NCBI RefSeq assembly: GCF_012964435.1 | Contig: NZ_DTTX01000090.1 | DNA from: Mesonia sp. | Lineage (GTDB): Bacteria > Bacteroidota > Bacteroidia > Flavobacteriales > Flavobacteriaceae | Strand: one strand, 5' to 3' | DNA: 64,000 nucleotides | Shown here: positions 12,882-19,411 of the stretch, in pieces | Layout of the letters: every line of letters starts with the position of its first letter | Numbering within the stretch: the stretch's first letter is position 1 | Notes under the pieces: model-generated | Database searches by the model: none | Told to the model about the DNA's origin: nothing | The model's input: the letters and a program-made list of their open reading frames with translations, nothing else | Position numbers and translations under genes: made by a program

Positions 12882-12944
12882 AGTGTTCAGTTTACAGTTA
12901 GTGGTTTGAAGTTTACGGTTTACAGTATTTAGTTTACAGTTTGC
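12882..12944. repeat. second tandem heptamer array related to 10606-10668 (same orientation)
   Basis: AGTGTTC AGTTTAC AGTTAGT GGTTTGA AGTTTAC GGTTTAC AGTATTT AGTTTAC AGTTTGC. Shares 16-17-nt identical strings with array 1 (GCAGTGTTCAGTTTAC; AGTTTACGGTTTACAGT; AGTTTACAGTTTGCAG). Confidence 0.9.
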
Positions 12945-13038
12945 AGGAGAAATGGAATAATCTTTATATAAAACCACTGATTGCTTAGGCGATTTCTATA
13001 AAAATTATATTTTAGCTCTTTTAAATTAAAATTATATT

Positions 13039-13215
13039 ATGAAAGAACTTATTGAAAACATTAAAACTGAATTTGAAGCTTTTGATAAAGATGCTCAAGC
13101 ACAATTAGAAAGCGGTAATAAAGCTGCCGGAACAAGAGCTAGAAAATCTTCTTTAGCTTTAGAAAAGCTTTTAAAAGAATTTAGAAAAGTTTCTATTGCA
13201 GAATCTAAGAAATAA
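13039..13215 (+). CDS. histone H1-like small basic nucleoid protein (58 aa)
   Basis: Below the ORF-track size cut-off. Translation MKELIENIKTEFEAFDKDAQAQLESGNKAAGTRARKSSLALEKLLKEFRKVSIAESKK matches the Bacteroidota histone-H1-like family pattern (GNKAAGTR.RK). Followed by a strong terminator. Confidence 0.7.
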   Translation: MKELIENIKTEFEAFDKDAQAQLESGNKAAGTRARKSSLALEKLLKEFRKVSIAESKK

Positions 13216-13220
13216 ATGGA

Positions 13221-13250
13221 AAGCCTCTTTTAAGAGGCTTTTTTCTTTTT
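13221..13250 (+). terminator. rho-independent terminator after the histone-like gene
   Basis: Stem AAGCCTCT / AGAGGCTT with a 4-nt loop, then a T-rich run. Confidence 0.65.
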
Positions 13251-13267
13251 TCCCTTCAGTAAAAAAA

Positions 13268-13536
13268 TTACGGATTAGTTTTTAGCGGTTTGTTTTTCGA
13301 ATATAAATGCGCGTGTGTGACCAATTTGTTCGTTGCTTTTCCGCATACATCGCATAAGCTTGCATTTATAAAATACTTCTGACCTTCTAATAACGCGTGT
13401 TGTGGGTTTTTAAAAAGCCTAACCGAATTAAAAATAAAGGAGCAGGTTTTAATTCACATTCATACGTATGTATGTGACGTTTTCCATCTTTTGATGGATC
13501 TCGATTTAAATAATAAAAATGCTCTTCGGTTACCAT
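13268..13536 (-). pseudogene. small Cys/His-containing protein gene split by a 1-nt frameshift in a T5A5 run
   Basis: ATG at 13536 gives MVTEEHFYYLNRDPSKDGKRHIHTYECELKPAPLFLIRLGF, then a stop at 13387-13389. A second frame continues KNPQHALLEGQKYFINASLCDVCGKATNKLVTHAHLYSKNKPLKTNP to the stop at 13268-13270. Total span is 269 nt, one short of a multiple of 3. The junction lies at the homopolymer 13407-13416. Confidence 0.4.
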
Positions 13537-13721
13537 TTTTTATTTTAAAATTAAACCATGTGCTATTGGTCTTGTCTTTAAAATTTGTGAATTGACATTT
13601 TATGAAGTAAAAAATTTTACATCCTTATTGCTCCATAATTTAGTAGATGAAAATTTAATGTTTAATTCATTTGATATTCAAATGTTTAGCGTAGCTTCGA
13701 AGGTTCAGTTCAATAGGTGTA

Positions 13722-14033
13722 ATGATGAAGCACACTACCGTAAACCAGCTAAATTCTGATGATTATAAGATCTTAAAGTCTTTATATTACGAATTGAGAG
13801 CTTTTTCATTAGCAGATAAGCATAGTATTTCACATATTATCACTATCTCTAAGCAAGCTCAAAAGATTATTTTAGGTCTGCCAGAAAATCAGAAATCATT
13901 GACTCTTCTTCAAAAGGTATATGAAATTGAAGAACGATTTTTAAATTCACCTTCTTCCAATAGTCAGCTTAATTTAAATTCACACTTTAATATTCAGCGG
14001 TACGCTATGGATGCGATCTATGAGATGATGTAG
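13722..14033 (+). CDS. hypothetical protein (103 aa), no recognisable motif
   Basis: ORF only. Converges on the ZIP-like gene with a 5-nt gap. Confidence 0.35.
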   Translation: MMKHTTVNQLNSDDYKILKSLYYELRAFSLADKHSISHIITISKQAQKIILGLPENQKSLTLLQKVYEIEERFLNSPSSNSQLNLNSHFNIQRYAMDAIYEMM

Positions 14034-14038
14034 TTATA

Positions 14039-14737
14039 TTACTCACCTAACGAATTTAAGTAAAGTGCTAAAATTAATCCAATAGCGGTAGCCACACCGG
14101 TCCAATATTTTTCATTTTTAAAAGCTTTCGGGAACACTTCTAAGGCTAGAGAAGCTACTACGGCTCCGCCTGCAAAACACTTGATGTAATTTAGGTATTC
14201 TTCCGGAGTGTCTGCCAATAAAAAATGACCGACTAATGCCGCTACGGAAAGTATAAGTGCTGTCCCAATCCATAACCAAAGAATTTTTTTCTTCGAATTA
14301 TTATCTGCTGCCATTTCTTTTGCGCCTCCTGCTGCTTCGGGTAAGTTCGACAGAAAAATGGATCCGGCCAACGCAGCGACCGATAATGCACTTGCGCCAA
14401 TAAGCGTTACGCCCAACGCTAAATTTTCTGGGATACCGTCTAAAGTGATCGCTGCCAATAAGCCGCCGCCACTTTTAGAACCCCATTTTTCTTTAATAAG
14501 GTAATCTAATCCCGTAAAAATAATGGCTCCGGCAAAGACCACTGCCAAAGTAATACCAATACTGTTTTTTTGAAGTGCGGGATTTATAAGTTCTAATATT
14601 GCTGAAACTAAAAGCGCTCCTCCGGCTAAAGCCACTAAAAATCCTTCCAGCTTTTTTGAGATATTCCCATAAATGCCCCAAACGGCTCCTAAGATTAACG
14701 CGGCAGAAACTATAATTACGACTAATGCTGTGATCAT
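14039..14737 (-). CDS. ZIP-family-like divalent metal permease (divergent, His-poor)
   Basis: 232 aa, about 7-8 TM helices. Has paired motifs LDGIPENLALG and LSNLPEAAGG where ZupT-type proteins have HNxPEG. Confidence 0.55.
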   Translation of the reverse strand: MITALVVIIVSAALILGAVWGIYGNISKKLEGFLVALAGGALLVSAILELINPALQKNSIGITLAVVFAGAIIFTGLDYLIKEKWGSKSGGGLLAAITLDGIPENLALGVTLIGASALSVAALAGSIFLSNLPEAAGGAKEMAADNNSKKKILWLWIGTALILSVAALVGHFLLADTPEEYLNYIKCFAGGAVVASLALEVFPKAFKNEKYWTGVATAIGLILALYLNSLGE

Positions 14738-14831
14738 TGTTGAAGTTTTTCAGCATTCTTTCCTCTAAAAATGCTTGATAAAAGTACTCGTTAAATAAAA
14801 ACTATGCCTTAGGATTAACAGAGCTTTAATT

Positions 14832-15494
14832 TTAAATAAGTCCGATATCTTTACTTAAAGCAATGAGTTGATAGGTGTTTTTAGCGCCTAAATGAATTTT
14901 AAGTTTACTCACTCGTTTTTCGATAGAACTTAAACTATTGGGAGCGATATTTTTTGATTTTAGTTGTTTGCTGATGGCCTCTTGGCTAAAACCTTCAGCA
15001 AGGTTATTGAGTAAAAAAATATCATAATCTTCAATTTCAAAATCTGTCGTACGATCTAAGATCTTTTCGATCTGTGGAGAAATATAGCTTTCATTTTTAA
15101 ATGTTGAAATTATTGCAGCTTCTAATTCTACCAAGCCATTACGATCTTTACAAACATAGGCTTCGACACCCAATTTTAGTAATTGTTCGATGCTGGCTTT
15201 GCGATCTTCAATAGAATAAGCGATAATTTTAAGTTCGGGGTGCTCTGCTTTTAACCGCTTAATTATTTCTTTACCAGATTTGATGTATTGCTCGCGATAA
15301 TCGGGTTTAAAAGATAGATCTGTAATTAAAAGTTGATAAGGGACATTTTCTTGATGCGCCTTTTTAATTTTCATATATGCCTCTTCGCAGTATTGTACTT
15401 GGTGTATTTCTGTGATTTGTAATTTTTTACCTAATTGTAAAACACTTTCATTTATACTTCCTAAATCTTCAGCAATAATAATTTTCTCGTACAT
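14832..15494 (-). CDS. LuxR/NarL-family response regulator
   Basis: REC domain (phospho-acceptor context LLITDLSF) plus a C-terminal LuxR-type HTH (SLSSIEKRVSKLKIHLGAKNTYQLIA). Lies 3 nt after the kinase gene. Confidence 0.85.
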   Translation of the reverse strand: MYEKIIIAEDLGSINESVLQLGKKLQITEIHQVQYCEEAYMKIKKAHQENVPYQLLITDLSFKPDYREQYIKSGKEIIKRLKAEHPELKIIAYSIEDRKASIEQLLKLGVEAYVCKDRNGLVELEAAIISTFKNESYISPQIEKILDRTTDFEIEDYDIFLLNNLAEGFSQEAISKQLKSKNIAPNSLSSIEKRVSKLKIHLGAKNTYQLIALSKDIGLI

Positions 15495-15497
15495 CGT

Positions 15498-17132
15498 TTA
15501 GCAAATTAATTGAGCTTTAAAGCCTTTATTGATTTCAGAATCAAAAATAATCTTTCCTTGTATAGCCTGCATACGGGATTCCGTATTTACTAAACCATTT
15601 CTCTTTTTTAGCTCGCTGCCTTTACCATTATCGGTATAATTAATCACTAGATTTTTTCCTTTTTGCTGAAATGATAGTAACACTAAAGAAGCTTCGCTGT
15701 GTTTCTTCATATTGGTAAAAAGCTCTTGTAAAACCCTGTAAAGTGTTGCTTTTTTTAGTGTTGAAGTTGTTTGCCAATCGATGCCGGTAAGGTTTTTTAC
15801 AATAATTTTTGTGTGGCTTGTCTGGTAGTGACTTACCAATTCTTTTAGCAGGTCAGAAAAATTTTCATCTTCCGGAAAGCTATTATTTTCTCGAGAAATA
15901 TTTCTTGAGGTTTGGTAAATTTCTTCTAAACGATGAAGGGTATCTTCTTTTTGGTAGGTAGCATTTTGTAGTTTCGTCATTAAATAATACACATCGTTCG
16001 CTACTTCGTCATGAACTTTTTTAGCAATTCTCGATTCTGTATTAAAAACCTGTAGGATCTTTTCTTTACGGTGCTTTATTTTTAAATACCCAAAAATAGC
16101 AATCGCTATGAGTATAACCAATAACCCAATTATTTGGTAAAATACTTTTTTTTGAGCTTCCGCTTCTTTTTCCAGCTGAAATAAATTTGCTTCTTGTTCC
16201 GATTTTTCAAGTTGATATTTCAATGCCAAATAATTACTTTCAGCATTTTGGTTGAGTTGCGTAAGGCTGTCTTTTACTGTTAGGTAATTCTTTGCTATTG
16301 GGATATCTGCCATACGTAATAACTGTTGAAGGGCACTTTCTTTATATTTTAAATTTTTGAATTGCTCGGCGATGCTTTGTGCTTTTATAAAATAGGCTTT
16401 GGCGAGTTGCTTTTGTTGCTGAAGTTGATAATATTCACCTAAATGAATGTAGCTGGTAAATAAGCCTTCTTGTAATTGTAATTTTTCTCTGAGCTCAAGA
16501 GCAGATCGCATTTCGCTTAAGGCTCGTTGAGGTTGCGAAACCCGAAACAGATAGCCTGAATTATCTCTGGCTCGAGCTAAATTTTCTAGATTATCTGTTT
16601 GTTCGCTTAAAGCGATGGCTTTTGTATAGTAATCTAAGGCAGTAGAATCGTTTTGTTGATCGCGTGCGATATTTCCGAGGTTATTGTAAAGGATCGCTTT
16701 TTGTTTAGCAGAAGCATTCGAAACAGCTTTTTTATAAAAATATGAAGCTTGTTTAAGCTTGCCGGTTTCTTTATATAATTTCCCCAGGTGATTGTATAAG
16801 GTGTTTTGGTATGCTTTTTTAGTCGAAGAGGAAGCAGTATTTTCTAAAACCTGAAGCGCCTTTGTTGCTGTTGCCTCACTCTCTTGTAAAACCCCTAATT
16901 TTTGTTGAATTCTGGCAATATAGATGAGGTTGTAAACCTCTGAAAGCTCTGATTGATCGTTCTTTATTTTTGCATTAAAATACCTAAAAGCTTCTAATAA
17001 TTCTTGAGGCTTAGCCGAGTTATTTACCTTGCTAACATAATTGTTGAGACTATCTGAAGGCGTAGTGTTCTGACCATTAAAATTTTTACTGAAAAATAGC
17101 AGTAATAGCGATATAAGTAGGGAATATCTCAT
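15498..17132 (-). CDS. sensor histidine kinase with extracytoplasmic TPR domain (HisKA_3 type)
   Basis: Signal peptide, TPR-like repeats, coiled coil, single TM (IIGLLVILIAIAIFGYL), H-box (KKVHDEVANDVYYL) and an HATPase_c region (NYTDNGKG). Confidence 0.8.
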   Translation of the reverse strand: MRYSLLISLLLLFFSKNFNGQNTTPSDSLNNYVSKVNNSAKPQELLEAFRYFNAKIKNDQSELSEVYNLIYIARIQQKLGVLQESEATATKALQVLENTASSSTKKAYQNTLYNHLGKLYKETGKLKQASYFYKKAVSNASAKQKAILYNNLGNIARDQQNDSTALDYYTKAIALSEQTDNLENLARARDNSGYLFRVSQPQRALSEMRSALELREKLQLQEGLFTSYIHLGEYYQLQQQKQLAKAYFIKAQSIAEQFKNLKYKESALQQLLRMADIPIAKNYLTVKDSLTQLNQNAESNYLALKYQLEKSEQEANLFQLEKEAEAQKKVFYQIIGLLVILIAIAIFGYLKIKHRKEKILQVFNTESRIAKKVHDEVANDVYYLMTKLQNATYQKEDTLHRLEEIYQTSRNISRENNSFPEDENFSDLLKELVSHYQTSHTKIIVKNLTGIDWQTTSTLKKATLYRVLQELFTNMKKHSEASLVLLSFQQKGKNLVINYTDNGKGSELKKRNGLVNTESRMQAIQGKIIFDSEINKGFKAQLIC

Positions 17133-17159
17133 TTTACTAGCATATAAATTTTAAGAATT

Positions 17160-18032
17160 TTAATTTGGCTCTATATGAATGGTTATATGCGAAATTTCTG
17201 GAATTTGATTTTGAATATGATCTTGAAGCTCATGCGCTAAAAGATGACCTTCTTTTACGGTAATATTTGCATTTACAATTGCGTGTAATTCTACTAAATA
17301 TTTCATCCCGGCTTTTCGAACAAAACATTTTTCGGTTGCAATTATTCCGTTTACCGAGCTTGAGGTATCGCGAATCTCTTCTACTAGGTCATCATAAATA
17401 TGTTCATCCATAATTTCTCCCAGCGCAGGTCTAAAGATTAAATAGGCATTATATAAAATGAAAGCCGAAGCGCAAAGTGCAGCCCAATCATCTGCAGTCT
17501 CAAAACCTTTACCAAAAATTAAGGCAATTGAAATACCTATAAAAGCGGTAAGAGAAGTGATAGCATCGCTACGGTGATGCCAAGCATCTGCTTTAAGCGA
17601 AGAACTATTGGTTTTACTACTTTTATTTAACACATACCGGTAAGAAGCCTCTTTCCATAAAATAATGAATAGAAGGACTATTAGCGTCCAAGCTTCAGGT
17701 ATTTTGTGTGGCGTTCTTATATTAATAATACTTTCATAAGCAATAATCGTTGCAGAGGTTACCAGAAAAGCAACTACCAAAAATGTGATTAGCGGTTCTA
17801 TTCTAGAATGCCCGTAAGGATGATTTTTATCTGGTGGGCGTTGAGCATATTTAAAGCCTAATAGAACAAAGAATGAAGAAAATATGTCTGCAGTAGACTC
17901 AATTCCATCTGCAATCAGGGCGTAAGAATTACCTAAAAACCCGGAACCTAATTTAAGTATTGCTAAAAGTGTATTTCCAATAATACTAAAATAGGTAGTT
18001 TTAATCGCAGAAGACTCTTGAGATAATTCCAT
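17160..18032 (-). CDS. cation diffusion facilitator (CDF) metal efflux transporter
   Basis: Six TM helices. Metal-site motifs LIADGIESTADI (TM2) and AWHHRSDAITS (TM5). C-terminal cytoplasmic domain present. Start at MELSQESS is preferred over the ORF-track start at 18092. Confidence 0.85.
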   Translation of the reverse strand: MELSQESSAIKTTYFSIIGNTLLAILKLGSGFLGNSYALIADGIESTADIFSSFFVLLGFKYAQRPPDKNHPYGHSRIEPLITFLVVAFLVTSATIIAYESIINIRTPHKIPEAWTLIVLLFIILWKEASYRYVLNKSSKTNSSSLKADAWHHRSDAITSLTAFIGISIALIFGKGFETADDWAALCASAFILYNAYLIFRPALGEIMDEHIYDDLVEEIRDTSSSVNGIIATEKCFVRKAGMKYLVELHAIVNANITVKEGHLLAHELQDHIQNQIPEISHITIHIEPN

Positions 18033-18177
18033 GTTATATTCAAGCTTACAAATAAATGATAAATCTAAGTAAATTTTATTAACCCATTGCAATTATTCAA
18101 ATTCGTGAGCAGTATTGGGTGTTTCGAGTAGCTAAATTGAAAGATTTAATGCAATTATTGTAATGAGCATATTGTTA

Positions 18178-19284
18178 TTACCTCAACATTTCCGGAGTGG
18201 CAACGGTTCTAAAGCCAACGTGGTCAGATCCCGAATCCGGACTCATTCCCATTTTTGCTGAAATTCGAAAACTTGCACAGTAAGAAGCGTTGCAAAGAAA
18301 ACTGCCGCCTTTAATAATTTTTTCTTGTTGGTAAGGGTTTTGTGGGCTATATCCTTTTTCGGCTCCACGTGGATTATTAATTACTTGTGCTGTATCTAAT
18401 TCTTTATAATAATTTACATTATAATAATCACTCGTCCACTCCCAAACATTTCCTAACATATCATAAATACCGATACTGTTTGCAGGGTAAGAAGCTACCG
18501 GTGCAATATAGCTGTAACCGTCTTTTGATTTGTTTTGGGTAGGGAAGATCCCTTGCCAAGTATTGGCTTGATCGTTTAGTACAGAAGCATCATCTCCCCA
18601 AGTAAAAATCTGATTGTTGTTGGTGCCTTGAGCAGCAGCTTCCCATTCTGCTTCAGTTGGGAGTCTTCGGTTAGCCCATTTACAATACGCTAATGCATCT
18701 TCGTAAGCAATATGTACTACCGGTAAATCGTCTTTACTTTCAATAGAGCTTCCTTTGCCGTAAGGTTGTTTCCAATTCGCACCTAATTGCCACGTCCACC
18801 ATTGCGTATAATTATTCATTGAGGCTACCTTTTCGATCGATTTATCAAACGTCAAGCTTCCCGGTTGTAAGACAGAGTCTACGGGTTTAGGCGTATTGGC
18901 CGGGAGTTGCTTTTTCATTTCTTCCCAATCAATAGGTCTTTCCGCAACAGTTTTATAATCAGTCGCATTTACAAAAGCTCTAAACTCTTTGTTTGTAACT
19001 TCGTGAATGTCTATAAAAAAACCATCGACATAAACTTGATGTGCAGGTTTTTCGTGTTGCATTGCCAACTGATCATTTTCTTTAGCGCCTTGAGTAAAAG
19101 TTTTGCTCGAAACCCAAACCATTCCATTTGGAGTCTCGATATCCGTTGGTTTTTCAGTTGTTTGAGATAAAGAATCTTTAATTGTTTTTTTTTGAGAGGT
19201 ATTATGTTCTGATTCTTTTTGTTTGCAGTTTGTGAGTACAAGAGCAATTAGAATTAATAAATTAATTCTTATATAGAATTTCAT
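18178..19284 (-). CDS. formylglycine-generating-enzyme (FGE/SUMF1) family lipoprotein
   Basis: Lipoprotein signal (MKFYIRINLLILIALVLTNC). FGE-sulfatase domain strings present: NVWEWTSDYY, GGSFLCNASYCASFR, HVGFRTV. Confidence 0.85.
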   Translation of the reverse strand: MKFYIRINLLILIALVLTNCKQKESEHNTSQKKTIKDSLSQTTEKPTDIETPNGMVWVSSKTFTQGAKENDQLAMQHEKPAHQVYVDGFFIDIHEVTNKEFRAFVNATDYKTVAERPIDWEEMKKQLPANTPKPVDSVLQPGSLTFDKSIEKVASMNNYTQWWTWQLGANWKQPYGKGSSIESKDDLPVVHIAYEDALAYCKWANRRLPTEAEWEAAAQGTNNNQIFTWGDDASVLNDQANTWQGIFPTQNKSKDGYSYIAPVASYPANSIGIYDMLGNVWEWTSDYYNVNYYKELDTAQVINNPRGAEKGYSPQNPYQQEKIIKGGSFLCNASYCASFRISAKMGMSPDSGSDHVGFRTVATPEMLR

Positions 19285-19411
19285 AGAGAGAAGTTTTTTT
19301 GAAAAAATAGTATTCAAATATAATGTTAACTCGTTAGACAATCCTAATCGAATTTATTCACATCCTACAAATTCTTTTACCTTTGAAGTGCACCAAGAAA
19401 ATTTACGCTTT

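Noticed and set aside
10606-12944. Repeat arrays considered as a CRISPR array or as inverted repeats of a transposon
   Set aside because: The units are 7 bp with no spacers. The arrays are direct, not inverted. No cas, transposase or integrase gene lies between or near them.
14493-14756. 87-aa alternative-frame minus-strand ORF overlapping the ZIP-like gene
   Set aside because: It is out of frame within a coherent polytopic membrane protein. Arg/Ser-rich translation typical of an off-frame reading.
18907-19247. Two ORFs (87 aa plus strand, 78 aa minus strand) overlapping the FGE-like gene
   Set aside because: They overlap the well-supported FGE-domain frame, have low-complexity Lys/Phe-rich sequence and no independent signals.
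18178-19341. FGE-fold lipoprotein considered as gliding-motility GldJ/GldK
   Set aside because: It is shorter than those proteins, no gldL/M/N or other gld neighbours are present, and it sits in a metal-transport and two-component context. Kept as a generic FGE-family protein.
19388-19411. GTG at 19388 as the start of the UvrA-like gene
   Set aside because: ATG at 19412 gives the canonical UvrA N-terminus spacing ([16 protein letters not shown]...GLSGSGKSS). The GTG extension adds 8 residues without support. Either start is possible.
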